Assembly: GCA_038883475.1 (NCBI GenBank)
Contig: JAVZMA010000004.1
Span: 18,690 to 82,689, forward strand
Length of the DNA stretch: 64,000 nt
Direction: 5' to 3'
From: Candidatus Bathyarchaeia archaeon
GTDB taxonomy: Archaea > Thermoproteota > Bathyarchaeia > Bathyarchaeales > Bathycorpusculaceae
In this document: positions 37,272 through 47,397 of the stretch, piece by piece
Layout of the letters: each line of letters starts with the position of its first letter
How positions within the stretch are numbered: position 1 is the stretch's first letter
Position numbers and translations under genes: made by a program
The notes under the pieces: model-generated
Databases searched by the model: none
Seen by the model: the letters and a program-made list of their open reading frames with translations, nothing else
Told to the model about the DNA's origin: nothing

Positions 37272-39320
37272 TCAATCTGATACTCTGCCTTTAGCGTATG
37301 GAACAAAATCTCTGATTTCTTCCACAGAGGCTTTCAAAATTTTTCCGCGGCTTTCCTTAGGCGCTTTCTCAGCTAAGGTGGCTAAAATACGTTTGAATAG
37401 TTCTTTGCCGCTTTGGTTTCCAGGCATTATTGTTACGTAAATGTTTGTTTTGGCTTTTACGGCTTCGATTGGTCCACCGATGAAGGAGATTTCGCCGTCT
37501 TTTTCTATTACAGCGCCTATGACTATTTTAAGCGGGACATGGCGTATCCAGTTGCGTTTTCCGGTGACCATGAAGGCGCCGTGGGGTATGTACTCGCCTG
37601 AAGGGCTTTTCTTGCTTAGCTGTTCTGGTCTAACCCAGTAAACATCTACCGTCCCGAAGCCTTCTCGCCACCCTCTTGAATAGGCGGCTGCGAACTCTCC
37701 AGCTTCTTGAAGGCACTGTTGTGTTGGTTGCTTTCCTTCAGTTTTAACCACTACAAAGGGTGCTCCTGCAATGTCAGCGTGAAAGACAATGTCATGTTCC
37801 TCTGTGTACCTCTTGATTAGAACTTCGTTGCTGACGGCGTCTTTGCCCGCGACCACAAGAAAGCCGTCTGAAGAGCGGAACCATCTGAACTTTTCAAACC
37901 ATTCTTTTCGCCTAATTTTCCGCCTTTCAAGCTCCTCCAAGGCTTCGGCTGGCTTAACTTTTTCCTGCACTTGAAGCTCTCTTATTTTGGCTTCAACTTC
38001 CATAAGCTTCCTACGTGTCTCCTCTAGGGCGGTTTTGGCGCCCTCGGCTTTCTGTCGGGCATGTTTGCTCTGCTCATAAAATTTTCCGGCATCCTCAAAC
38101 ACTTTACTGCGCAAATTTAAACTAAACCTTAAGCCATCTACACAGACGCTGACGGTTAAGCTGCGTGTGTCAAAGGACTCAAAAAACACGCTTGGCATTA
38201 AACCGGCTTTTTTCTCGGCTAAAACCTCTGAAATTATGTTGTTCCAGCTTTTTCCAGCTTTTTTGTCGGTTAAAAGCCTCTCTAACAAAGCTTGGAGCGC
38301 ATTAGCATGCGCGTAGATTATGTCTCCAATGCGTCTATAATGTTCTGCTTTTGCTTCAGCTTCAGCCAACGCCTTCTCTTGGTTTTCAATGACTCTCTTA
38401 AGCCGCTCTGCTTCACGGTTTAGTTCCTCCATTTTTGGTGAAACTGCAGCCCTTTCAGCAGCAGTGATTGTTGTGTAAAAATCGTCTAGGGCTTCGTTGA
38501 AGCTTTTGTATGGTTTATGCTTTAGACTTTCATAGCGCTTAAGCCTAAAAGGCGTGATGTCGAAGAAACTGCCTTTTTCGTCCAAAACAATAGAGGGCTC
38601 AAGTCTTCCGCTTGCAACTTGAGAAAGCAAATTTTGCAAATTATCGTAGATTGCGGCGATCTCTTCATTGGTTAACTCTCTACAATGCTTCGCTTTGTCT
38701 ACGCCGGCTCTTAAGAGAACTTCCTCCGCGTATATACCCCCTATGCCCAAAAACCTTGCGATACTACGGACAACCTCAACATCGCCGAAACTCTTTAGTG
38801 CGTTCCGTAACTTTTCAAGGTTAACTTTGAAGGGATTCTGCCCGCTTGATGGAGGAAAAAGGAAAGCTTCGCCACGAACGATGTTCCTATCCCGCATGCG
38901 TTTATAAACCAAAGCCTGCAAAATCTCGCCGTTTTCTCCAACCAAAATCATGTTGCCCTCTCCAAAAAGCTCCAAGATGAGTCTCAATTTACCGCTTTTT
39001 GTTTTGAAGTGAAAGACGACGACTCGCTCAAACTCATACTGCTCCACATTAACAAGCCAGCTGTTCCGCAAGTACTTCCTTAAAGCCATGCAAAAAGCAG
39101 GTGGAACTTGAGGTTTCTCAGCAGCATAAGAAGTCAAGTGCAGTCGTCTACCAGCTTCTAAGAGAAGTTGAAAAGTGGGGTTTTCAGCCTTATGAAGTTT
39201 AAAAATTATGGTTTTAGCATCCACTTGATAAATGTTGTTGACACGCGAATCTAAAATGGTTTCCCGCAACTCGCGGACAACAGCGGCGACGTCAAAGCTT
39301 GTAAACTCTTTTTTATGCAA
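37272..39320 (-). CDS. NFACT-family protein (Rqc2/RqcH/FbpA homologue, ribosome quality control)
   Basis: 682 aa. NFACT-N start (FTSFDVAAVVRELRE...RVNNIYQ), central coiled coil, and NFACT-R-like block (FHADIAGAPFVVVK). Confidence 0.8.
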   Translation of the reverse strand: MHKKEFTSFDVAAVVRELRETILDSRVNNIYQVDAKTIIFKLHKAENPTFQLLLEAGRRLHLTSYAAEKPQVPPAFCMALRKYLRNSWLVNVEQYEFERVVVFHFKTKSGKLRLILELFGEGNMILVGENGEILQALVYKRMRDRNIVRGEAFLFPPSSGQNPFKVNLEKLRNALKSFGDVEVVRSIARFLGIGGIYAEEVLLRAGVDKAKHCRELTNEEIAAIYDNLQNLLSQVASGRLEPSIVLDEKGSFFDITPFRLKRYESLKHKPYKSFNEALDDFYTTITAAERAAVSPKMEELNREAERLKRVIENQEKALAEAEAKAEHYRRIGDIIYAHANALQALLERLLTDKKAGKSWNNIISEVLAEKKAGLMPSVFFESFDTRSLTVSVCVDGLRFSLNLRSKVFEDAGKFYEQSKHARQKAEGAKTALEETRRKLMEVEAKIRELQVQEKVKPAEALEELERRKIRRKEWFEKFRWFRSSDGFLVVAGKDAVSNEVLIKRYTEEHDIVFHADIAGAPFVVVKTEGKQPTQQCLQEAGEFAAAYSRGWREGFGTVDVYWVRPEQLSKKSPSGEYIPHGAFMVTGKRNWIRHVPLKIVIGAVIEKDGEISFIGGPIEAVKAKTNIYVTIMPGNQSGKELFKRILATLAEKAPKESRGKILKASVEEIRDFVPYAKGRVSD

Positions 39321-39399
39321 GGCGTCTGCACCATTTCTGAAGATTTTACTGCATTAAACTATAAATAGGCAGCTTTAAATCATAATCCAAAGGTGCTAG

Positions 39400-39705
39400 T
39401 TGCGAAGGGCGCTGGTGAGAGTGAAGCCGTTACAAATAATCTATTGGCTTAGGCTAGGATTAGGAATATTTGCCGCTCTTGTTTGCACAGGCTACGCCAT
39501 GGTAGATGAAAGAGGCACAATCAGTGTTTTCATGAACGGCTTGGTCATAGCTATGCTCATTTATTTAATGTCGTACTATCCGATTAAAAACAAATTCATT
39601 AACAAAGTGGAAAAGCCGCAAAAACTTTTAACAATGGGGATAGGTATCTACTTTTTTTCATGGCTTGTTTTCTGGATTCTGCTATACTCCATAAGCAAAG
39701 TCTAA
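39400..39705 (+). CDS. small membrane protein (3 predicted TM spans)
   Basis: 101 aa, hydrophobic, TTG start. Its 3' end overlaps the convergent gene by 4 nt. Confidence 0.45.
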   Translation: MRRALVRVKPLQIIYWLRLGLGIFAALVCTGYAMVDERGTISVFMNGLVIAMLIYLMSYYPIKNKFINKVEKPQKLLTMGIGIYFFSWLVFWILLYSISKV

Positions 39706-40154
39706 GCTTTTCTTAAATAATCCTCTATTGTAGATTGACTGTTCTCAGCCTGCAAATTCTCGGGTTTATCCTTTCCAGAAAAAGTATTATTAATGTTGGA
39801 GTTGTTTGCAGTGTTTATTTTGCCGAGTACACGCATACAGTCTGCCCAAGCTGAGAAAAAGCCTCTGTCGAAGTCTCCGTGAAGCCTATTTCTTACATGT
39901 TCTGAAAACTCTCGTCTGTAAGCGCTTAAAGTTGCTTTATCATTTAAGTCAAGCTTTGAGAAAAAGGCGTAGGCGTCATTGTTGTTTGATCGTCGTGCAA
40001 GAAGCATCCCGTATAAGGCTCTGAAATAGCCCCTGTTCCATTCTGTTTTATGCATTTTCTGCTTTAATCTTTCAAGTTCCCTTTCAGCTTCGGTGAACTG
40101 CCTATTAATTAAGAGTTGGAAATAGCGTGTCACTAAGGCTGAGGGGACAGGCAT
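39702..40154 (-). CDS. helical protein of unknown function, translationally coupled to radA
   Basis: ATG 40154 lies 1 nt after the radA stop (TAA 40156-40158). The track version (to 40196) would overlap radA by 41 nt. Confidence 0.5.
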   Translation of the reverse strand: MPVPSALVTRYFQLLINRQFTEAERELERLKQKMHKTEWNRGYFRALYGMLLARRSNNNDAYAFFSKLDLNDKATLSAYRREFSEHVRNRLHGDFDRGFFSAWADCMRVLGKINTANNSNINNTFSGKDKPENLQAENSQSTIEDYLRKA

Positions 40155-40155
40155 T

Positions 40156-41172
40156 TTAACGCCCACGAGACTTTGACTTTTCTTCTTCGGAAACATCCTC
40201 TATGCCGTTTTCTGTTATTTTAAATATTTCCTCCCCCTCTGGCAGATATGGACTTGAAACTAAACGGGCAATTCTAACTGGACCGTGAGCAGCCCTACGT
40301 AGATAAATTCGTGTGTGGCTTGTGTGCCCAACTATGTGACCGCCTATGGGATGAACGGCGTCGCCGAAGAAAACGTCGGGTTTAGCCATAACTTGGTTTG
40401 TTACGACGGCAACTGCGTTGAAAGCCCTTGCCAAACGGATAAGCTTGTGCATGTGCTTGTTTAGTTTCTGCTGCCTTGAAGCCAGCATTTCCCGACCGAG
40501 ATATTCGCTTCTAAAATGAGCCGTCAAGGAATCGACAATAATAAGCTTAACATTGTTTGCCTTAATCACTTCATCTGCGTTGTCGAGCAAAAACATTTGG
40601 TGGTCAGAGGTGAAAGCCTCAGCATAAATGATGTTTTTAACAACTTGTTCCGGGTCAAGCCCTAAATGCCTAGCCATCTGCACTATACGCTCTGTCCTGA
40701 AAGTGTTTTCCGTATCAATGTAAAGTGCTGCACCGTTTAAGCCGCCGCGTTCAGGAGGCAATTGCACATTCACGCATAGTTGGTGGCAAATTTGGCTTTT
40801 TCCACTGCCGTATTCGCCGTAAAACTCGGTTATGGTTTGAGTTTCCAGTCCTCCATCAAGAATTTTGTCTAGGGCTTTACTGCCGCTTGTCAAACGCAAA
40901 ACGCTCTGCCTCATTTTGAGAAGCTCGTCTGCCCTCACAAAGGAAATGCCTATCGAAGAGCGAGCGGCCTCGATGATGGCGAAGGCTTTTTTCTCGCTTA
41001 TGCCAGCGGGCTCCAGCTCTTGAGCGGTCGCCATAGCTAAAGACTCGACAGTGTGAAAACCCAGCTCCCGAAGTTTTTGAGCGGTGGCTGGACCAATTCC
41101 TGGAAGGTCTTCTAGAAACTCGTATTTCTTTTTGGTTATTTCTTCTCCTTCCGATTCCTCTGTCATGAACAC
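40156..41172 (-). CDS. radA: DNA repair and recombination protein RadA
   Basis: N-terminal HhH ([20 protein letters not shown]), Walker [10 protein letters not shown] and Walker B LIIVDS. Confidence 0.9.
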   Translation of the reverse strand: MFMTEESEGEEITKKKYEFLEDLPGIGPATAQKLRELGFHTVESLAMATAQELEPAGISEKKAFAIIEAARSSIGISFVRADELLKMRQSVLRLTSGSKALDKILDGGLETQTITEFYGEYGSGKSQICHQLCVNVQLPPERGGLNGAALYIDTENTFRTERIVQMARHLGLDPEQVVKNIIYAEAFTSDHQMFLLDNADEVIKANNVKLIIVDSLTAHFRSEYLGREMLASRQQKLNKHMHKLIRLARAFNAVAVVTNQVMAKPDVFFGDAVHPIGGHIVGHTSHTRIYLRRAAHGPVRIARLVSSPYLPEGEEIFKITENGIEDVSEEEKSKSRGR

Positions 41173-41359
41173 TCGTCCCCTTTCTTCTATTCTGAACAGT
41201 TAAGGCAAGCCATATTTAAAATGAGCGAGACACGACAGCGTTTAAACCGCAGAGAGACCAGTTAAAGTGATGCTTTTCCCTTTAAACTTTTAATCCAATT
41301 AAGATAAGACATAAGTATACTTCTTCATAAAACTGGCTAATAAGCGAGGGAAACGACCA

Positions 41360-42241
41360 TTGGAAATAGCAAAGGTTGTAGAAAATGTTGCCTTTGAAAT
41401 TTTGAAACAGGCGGTAATATATTTGCCCGACGACGTAAAGAAGGCACTTAAGAAGGCTTACGCAGAGGAAACAAGCGGAACTGGAAAGACACAGCTTAAG
41501 GCAATTTTGGACAACATTGAACTTGCAGAAAAATTTCAAGCGCCAGTTTGCCAAGACACGGGAACAATAATTTTCTACGCGAAAGCAGGCGCCGAAATGG
41601 AGGGTTTAGACAAGGTTGAAGAAGCTTTGGTGAATGCCACGCGCAGAGCAACAAAAGAAATCCCTTTGAGACCGAACGCAGTTGACCCCTTCACTCAGAA
41701 AAACAGCGGAGACAACACTGGAAGATTCATACCCTACATAAACTGGGAAATCACGGCTGGAAAAAGCCTAGAACTGACTGTGATGACAAAGGGGGGAGGC
41801 TCAGAAAACGTCTGCATCACGGGAATGCTTGTGCCAGGAGAAGGCGTGAAAGGCTTAAAGAAGTTTGTCGTAGACGCTGTGATAAAGGCTGGAGCACAAC
41901 CGTGCCCACCAACAATTTTGGGCGTTGCAGTCGGCGGCGGAGCAGACATAGCCATGAAACTGGCGAAGAAAGCGTTGCTTAGACCATTAGGCGAGCCGAA
42001 TCCAAATCCAGAGTTGGATAAGCTTGAAAAGGAGTTGTTGGAAGCCGTCAACATGACTGGTATAGGTCCCATGGGATTAGGTGGAAAAACAACTGTTCTA
42101 GACGTGCATGTTGATTACGCTTTTAGGCATCCTGCATCTTTTCCAGCTGCTGTCGCCTTCAACTGTTGGGCTGCAAGAAGAGCCACTGCAAGAATCTATC
42201 CAGATGGAAAAGTTGAGTATTTAACCCATAAAGTTAGGTGA
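41360..42241 (+). CDS. class I (Fe-S) fumarate hydratase/tartrate dehydratase alpha subunit
   Basis: 293 aa. CQDTGT motif (PVCQDTGTIIFY) and GGGSEN. Confidence 0.85.
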   Translation: MEIAKVVENVAFEILKQAVIYLPDDVKKALKKAYAEETSGTGKTQLKAILDNIELAEKFQAPVCQDTGTIIFYAKAGAEMEGLDKVEEALVNATRRATKEIPLRPNAVDPFTQKNSGDNTGRFIPYINWEITAGKSLELTVMTKGGGSENVCITGMLVPGEGVKGLKKFVVDAVIKAGAQPCPPTILGVAVGGGADIAMKLAKKALLRPLGEPNPNPELDKLEKELLEAVNMTGIGPMGLGGKTTVLDVHVDYAFRHPASFPAAVAFNCWAARRATARIYPDGKVEYLTHKVR

Positions 42242-42250
42242 GGTGAAAAA

Positions 42251-42856
42251 ATGGCTGTTTACAAACTTAAAACACCAATCTCCGAGGAGGAAATACGCAG
42301 ACTTAAGGTTAATGATGTTCTCTACATAACTGGAACCATAGTCACAGCACGCGACCAAGCCCACAGAAGAGCCCTAGAATATCACAGCCAAGGAAAGCCT
42401 ATGCCTCTGAACTTAGAGGGACTAGCGGTTTTTCATTGCGGTCCAGTTGTAAGCAAGAAAGACGGGGACTGGGCTGCAATCGCTGCGGGTCCAACGACAA
42501 GCACAAGAATGGATATTTTCGAGGACGAGTTCATAAAAAACTTCAAGGTTCGCGTGGTAATTGGCAAGGGCGGGATGGGCAAGAAAACAACCGATGCCAT
42601 GGCAAAATACGGCGCTGTTTACGGCGCTTTCACTGGCGGCGCTGCCATTTTGGCTGCGAAAGCCATAAAGAAGGTTAGGGGTGTGGAGTGGCTTGATTTG
42701 GGAACACCGGAAGCCATGTGGATTTTTGAGGTGGAAGATTTTGGTCCTTTGGCTGTTGCCATAGACTCTCATGGAAACAACATTTTCATGGATGTGGCGA
42801 AGAACGTTGAGGAGAACAAGAAGCGGATTTATCAGAAGCTCGGTTTGTCTCCCTAA
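42251..42856 (+). CDS. class I fumarate hydratase/tartrate dehydratase beta subunit
   Basis: 201 aa. G.I.TARD.AH.R and GKGGMG motifs. Starts 9 nt after the alpha subunit. Confidence 0.85.
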   Translation: MAVYKLKTPISEEEIRRLKVNDVLYITGTIVTARDQAHRRALEYHSQGKPMPLNLEGLAVFHCGPVVSKKDGDWAAIAAGPTTSTRMDIFEDEFIKNFKVRVVIGKGGMGKKTTDAMAKYGAVYGAFTGGAAILAAKAIKKVRGVEWLDLGTPEAMWIFEVEDFGPLAVAIDSHGNNIFMDVAKNVEENKKRIYQKLGLSP

Positions 42857-42968
42857 TTTTTAACCCTTATTTTTCTGCTTAATTTTTAATCGGTAGCCCA
42901 AATTATGCTTAGTATGTCAGAAGATTTAATATTTGAGGCCTTCTAATCCATAAGACGGGGCCAGATTC

Positions 42969-43439
42969 ATGTTCAAAAGCTTTAGAGATAAAATAGCTCT
43001 TTCCGGCGTTGCAGTTCTTGGAATAGGCATCGCATTGCTGATATTTACTTTCATAAGTGCCTATGGATTTCTAACCCAAAACCTAAGCATAATTGCCTCT
43101 GAAGATTTGATGCAGACCTTCGGCGGAGCACTTGCACCATTGATTGCAACATGCATACACATAATGTATCTTGGAGTCATGGGGTGGATTGGCTCACTGA
43201 TAACCATAAGAGGAGTCACCATAATAGTGAACGCTCCAAAAGTGGAAGGCGTTGTCGTGCAAAAACCAGTAGCGCCGCAGCCTAAACCGTTACCTCAAAA
43301 CGCAAAAGCCGCGTCAGCGAAGGAAGCAAAGCCAGAAGCCAAGCCCTCAGAACCACAAATGGTAGTCATACCGCCAGAAGAAGTCGCCCAGCCTCAGAAC
43401 GAGCAGCAGAAAAACAATTCGCAACAGCAGCAAGCCTAA
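42969..43439 (+). CDS. membrane protein with Pro/Gln/Lys-rich C-terminal tail
   Basis: 156 aa. Three hydrophobic spans, then the low-complexity tail VQKPVAPQPKPLPQNAKAASAKEAKPEAKPSEPQ...QQQQA. Confidence 0.5.
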   Translation: MFKSFRDKIALSGVAVLGIGIALLIFTFISAYGFLTQNLSIIASEDLMQTFGGALAPLIATCIHIMYLGVMGWIGSLITIRGVTIIVNAPKVEGVVVQKPVAPQPKPLPQNAKAASAKEAKPEAKPSEPQMVVIPPEEVAQPQNEQQKNNSQQQQA

Positions 43440-43489
43440 GCCAAAGTTCTGGCATGATTTCAAAAGCTCTGCAGTAAAGGGGAAAAGCG

Positions 43490-44269
43490 ATGAACTTAAC
43501 GATTCGAATGATGGGAATTGCCACAACGCTTTTCTGGATATTCCTCACAGCCTTCCTTGCCTCAGCTGCCTACTCCATCAAAGATTTACACTTCAATTTT
43601 GGAGAACCACAAATTAACATAACCAGCGAAAACAAGCTGCTCTTTTCTTTGCCCATAAACATCATTAACCAAGGATATTATGATATAGGCGCCTTCAACA
43701 CGACAACGCAACTCCTAGATTCTGATGGCAGCCTCATCGCCAAAGGCTCCACATTTGTACCCAGCATAGGGAAAGGAGAAAACTTAACAACAAGCCATAA
43801 CATGACAATTGAAATCGGCGAACTGCTGCAACATAGCGATAGCTATCTGTTTAACGACTCCGAACTTGAGGTCACAGTTTTTGCCGGCATGAGACTTGCA
43901 GAGTTGGTTCCCGTTGGAGTGTCAACAAATCTATCCATTCCTTGGGGCGCTCCATTTTACAATTTCACATTAGGAGAACCAAACAATGAAAGATTTAACC
44001 GAACACACCTTCAAGTCACTGTGCCAATAAGTTTTGAGAACCATGCTTTCTTTGATGTTGCCGGAAGCATGGAAATCAAAATGTATAATAGTTCTGGCGT
44101 GCTTATTGGAGAAAACCAAGTTTTCTTTGAAACACTGCAACATACGTTCTACAATGGATACATTGAGTTTTTCGTGCCAATTACGGTGTTCACTCCAGAC
44201 GGATATTTTGAAGCTTACTTTCTAACGCCTTTTTTTAATTATGGACCAATGGTGATACCTTATGGTTGA
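43490..44269 (+). CDS. N-terminally anchored extracytoplasmic protein, LEA_2/WHy-like beta-sandwich candidate
   Basis: 259 aa. One N-terminal TM span and several N-x-S/T sequons. Two segments have the pattern L.F.LP..I.N.G.YD.... Confidence 0.5.
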   Translation: MNLTIRMMGIATTLFWIFLTAFLASAAYSIKDLHFNFGEPQINITSENKLLFSLPINIINQGYYDIGAFNTTTQLLDSDGSLIAKGSTFVPSIGKGENLTTSHNMTIEIGELLQHSDSYLFNDSELEVTVFAGMRLAELVPVGVSTNLSIPWGAPFYNFTLGEPNNERFNRTHLQVTVPISFENHAFFDVAGSMEIKMYNSSGVLIGENQVFFETLQHTFYNGYIEFFVPITVFTPDGYFEAYFLTPFFNYGPMVIPYG

Positions 44270-44708
44270 TAAAGCGTTTGTTCGCAAAATCGTGTTTAAA
44301 GCGCTCAAAGCAACAGTTAAGGGAACTCTATTCTATGTGGTGTATTTTGTTTTGTGGAGTTTTATATCGCCGCTTGCGGAGTTTATTCCAGGCTTGCGGC
44401 AAATTGTGGAAACCTTTGTCATAATATATGTTGTCCTTATGATTCTTGGGGAACTCACCAGCGGCACAATCTACCAATACTTTTTCAATGTTGCCAAGGC
44501 GCTGTTCGTAACCCTCTATCTAATCCTAGAGTTGAACGGGGGTGTTTTCAGCCTGACCTTTAGGAACTTAAATTTCTTTGTTGACTTTCGTATGGTTCTT
44601 GCAGCTGTTGTACTCCTAAGTCTTCTCGGAATTGCGAAATCCATGCTTCAAGCCGTGAATTACTTAAATGAAAAGACAGAGTATGGGACAAACATAGGGT
44701 TAAGCTGA
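44262..44708 (+). CDS. polytopic membrane protein (about 4 TM)
   Basis: 148 aa. Overlaps the previous gene by 8 nt. No family recognised. Confidence 0.5.
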   Translation: MVDKAFVRKIVFKALKATVKGTLFYVVYFVLWSFISPLAEFIPGLRQIVETFVIIYVVLMILGELTSGTIYQYFFNVAKALFVTLYLILELNGGVFSLTFRNLNFFVDFRMVLAAVVLLSLLGIAKSMLQAVNYLNEKTEYGTNIGLS

Positions 44709-44712
44709 GAAG

Positions 44713-45189
44713 TTATAGTTTGATGCTCATGACATAAGCGTCTTCTCCATCAGAATAATACCCGTGGATTGTGCGAGTTACTTGAAAGCCCAGCTTTTTA
44801 TAGAGGTTGATGGCAGAAGTGTTGGTCACCCTAACTTCTAAGAAGCACTGTTTGGCATTGTAAAACCGCATACCTTCCATAGCCTCTTTCACCAAGGCTT
44901 CCCCAACTCCTTTTCTTCTGTGATTGGACAAAACAGCTATCGAAACAATATGTCCCTTCTTGACTAATCCGCCGAGGCCGAAGTTTGAAAGACCTAACTC
45001 AATCCTACACATTATGTAGCCAATAACCTCTCCATTTTCCTCTGCAACAATGAAGGTTTCCGGAAACCTATTGTATAAGTCCATGAAGAAGAAGTCTCCG
45101 TAGTTTTCTGGGAGACACACACGATTTATGTACATTACTTTTTGCAAGTCACTTGCCTTAAACTTCCGCAGTTTAAAGGTTTTCTGCAA
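44713..45189 (-). CDS. rimI: GNAT N-acetyltransferase (RimI/Ard1-like N-alpha-acetyltransferase)
   Basis: 158 aa. IAVLSNHRRKGVGEALV acetyl-CoA-binding motif. Confidence 0.75.
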   Translation of the reverse strand: MQKTFKLRKFKASDLQKVMYINRVCLPENYGDFFFMDLYNRFPETFIVAEENGEVIGYIMCRIELGLSNFGLGGLVKKGHIVSIAVLSNHRRKGVGEALVKEAMEGMRFYNAKQCFLEVRVTNTSAINLYKKLGFQVTRTIHGYYSDGEDAYVMSIKL

Positions 45190-45252
45190 GTTGGGTCCGC
45201 CGCCTTATGTTAATGGGTAACTCCTAAACTAATCACTTTTACTATTTAACTT

Positions 45253-46527
45253 TCATTCCCCGCCAGCTTTAACTTCTGGCAACGTAAAGTTTCCATAGGG
45301 CATAGCCCACACTTTAGCGTCTCTCCCGGCGATGTTGAACGCTTCGTTTAAAGCGTTATTCACAGCTCTCGCAGTTTTCAACTTAAAAATGTTCGTTGCA
45401 TAGTAATCTGGCATTGAGGAAACCAAAATTATGTCGTGGTTTTGCAAAGCCTTTAGAAGATAATAGGCTTTATGTCCGCCCAAAACGAAATTGTGCTTAA
45501 TCTCCCTTTCAACAGCCCTCAAATCGCTAAATTTCACCATCCAATCATAGAAAACTTGATTTCCATGACCTTCAGGGCATTCGGCGACCAAAACAATTAC
45601 GCCACCCCGTTTAACAACCTCTAAAGCGCTGTCAACTCCTTTGTAAGCTTGGAAAAGATTAACATCTGCCGGATGCCCGCCTGGGCTTACGATAACTATA
45701 TCTGCCTTTCTGTCAACGGCGATACGGTACATTTCGTCAACGACCTTAACTCCTTCATAGAAGGCTTGCTCCAAATCGCCAGCGAATGCTTTAACAACTT
45801 CGCCTTTGCTGTTAGTTACAACATTCAAAATAAAATCAACCCTTGCGAGTTTTGCCGCTTCCACCATGTCCTCATGGATGGGGTTTCCTTCCAAAATGCC
45901 TGTTTTGGCGTTTGGATGTAAAATCATGGCGTGGTTATGCCTTATTGCTTCTTCTCCTGAAACGCCTGGCAAGACGCTTTTTCTTCCACCTCCATAACCT
46001 GCATAATAGTGGAAGCACACATCGCCTGTTAAAATCTTCAAATCAGACTCGGCGAAAATCTTGTTTAAGTAAACTTTGGTTCCATGCTTCTTGGTTTCAC
46101 CTACATAAACTAAGTCGCTAGCTCGGCAGTCATGACTTACAGTTTTTACGCGTTTAATGACTTCTTCGCCGAGAAGTTGCAGGGCTTCCTCTTGCGTGAC
46201 AGCCTTATGTGTTCCACATCCAAAAATAACTGTTACATTCTCGTCCTTCACGCCCGCGGCGTTCAATTCATTAAGCAAAGGCGGAACCATAAGGTGGCTT
46301 GGCGCGGGTCTAGTGGCATCATCAACAACAATTGCCACTTTATGTTCTGGCTTGGCTATTTCGCTCAGCCTTTTGGAACCTATTGGCTCTTTTAGAGCTC
46401 TTTCGATTTCAGCTCTGGCATCAGGCACACTAGGTTTTTCTTTAGGCTCTATAGCGCCTAGAAAGTTTCTTGCAGGAATTCTGACGCATACTTCAGTTCT
46501 TCCGTATGGAAGCCAGACGTCAACCAT
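45253..46527 (-). CDS. LarA-like (nickel-pincer lactate racemase family, DUF2088 N-domain) protein
   Basis: 424 aa. N-terminus V.LPYGR.EV.V.IP..N and later GCGTHK, consistent with the LarA family by recall. Confidence 0.7.
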   Translation of the reverse strand: MVDVWLPYGRTEVCVRIPARNFLGAIEPKEKPSVPDARAEIERALKEPIGSKRLSEIAKPEHKVAIVVDDATRPAPSHLMVPPLLNELNAAGVKDENVTVIFGCGTHKAVTQEEALQLLGEEVIKRVKTVSHDCRASDLVYVGETKKHGTKVYLNKIFAESDLKILTGDVCFHYYAGYGGGRKSVLPGVSGEEAIRHNHAMILHPNAKTGILEGNPIHEDMVEAAKLARVDFILNVVTNSKGEVVKAFAGDLEQAFYEGVKVVDEMYRIAVDRKADIVIVSPGGHPADVNLFQAYKGVDSALEVVKRGGVIVLVAECPEGHGNQVFYDWMVKFSDLRAVEREIKHNFVLGGHKAYYLLKALQNHDIILVSSMPDYYATNIFKLKTARAVNNALNEAFNIAGRDAKVWAMPYGNFTLPEVKAGGE

Positions 46528-46704
46528 AGGGCATCACTGCTTATAAATATGAAAACACGTCAAAGGCAATTATTAAGCCTTTATCATAGAACTTAATAGA
46601 CACAGATTCATGTAATATGCAAGTGTTAAACCCTATATCTGGAGAGAGCACTAAACACAAGCTCTTTAAAACCTAAGTGTACTATTTAGAGTGGGGAATA
46701 GGAT

Positions 46705-47397
46705 ATGGCTATTGAAAAAGTTCCCGGAAAAAATGAAATATTCTTTGTTTGGTTTAACCGCTACGCCGGAGTAACCATAAAAACCCCGACTAAAACCCTC
46801 GTTATAGACCCCGTGGATGTGAAAGCTCGAGAATTCAAAACCGTTGATGCAGTTTTGGTCAGCCACGAACACTACGACCATCTAGACCAAGCGTTGGTTT
46901 CAGAAATCCACAAACAAACTGGGTGCATGGTAATCGCAGATTCCACATCAGCGAAAAGGCTCAAAAACGTAATCCCACCAGAAAAACTTAACGAAGTTCA
47001 ACAAGGCTCAGAAGTTAAAATAGGTGATGTTTCTGTAAAGGCTGAGAGAAGCCACCATCCCCCAGCAGCCACGCCAGTAACCTTCATAATTACAAGCGAG
47101 GACGGCGTAAAAATTTTCCACACTGCGGACAGCCTCCCATTTCCAGAGATGGCGTCTCTAGGAGAGAAGGAAAAATTTGACGTTGCCTTCTGCACCGTGG
47201 GAATAGCCCCCGGAGCTTCGCCGTCATCGGGCTTTGAAATCGTAAGGTTAACAAAGCCTAAAGTGGCTGTTCCCTACCACACTGGCTCATCGGAGGACCA
47301 AAGAAAATTTGCTGAAATTTTGAAGAAAGAAATGCCAAAAGTCACTTGTCTAGTGCCTGAAGTTGGCAAAATATATCAAATTTCTAAGCGGACGTGA
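46705..47397 (+). CDS. MBL-fold metallo-hydrolase
   Basis: HxHxDH motif (VSHEHYDHLD). 230 aa. Confidence 0.75.
   Translation: MAIEKVPGKNEIFFVWFNRYAGVTIKTPTKTLVIDPVDVKAREFKTVDAVLVSHEHYDHLDQALVSEIHKQTGCMVIADSTSAKRLKNVIPPEKLNEVQQGSEVKIGDVSVKAERSHHPPAATPVTFIITSEDGVKIFHTADSLPFPEMASLGEKEKFDVAFCTVGIAPGASPSSGFEIVRLTKPKVAVPYHTGSSEDQRKFAEILKKEMPKVTCLVPEVGKIYQISKRT

Noticed and set aside
40155-40196. Longer version of the gene downstream of radA (track start 40196), overlapping radA by 41 nt.
   Set aside because: An in-frame ATG at 40154 sits 1 nt after the radA stop. That gives a standard coupled arrangement without a long overlap.
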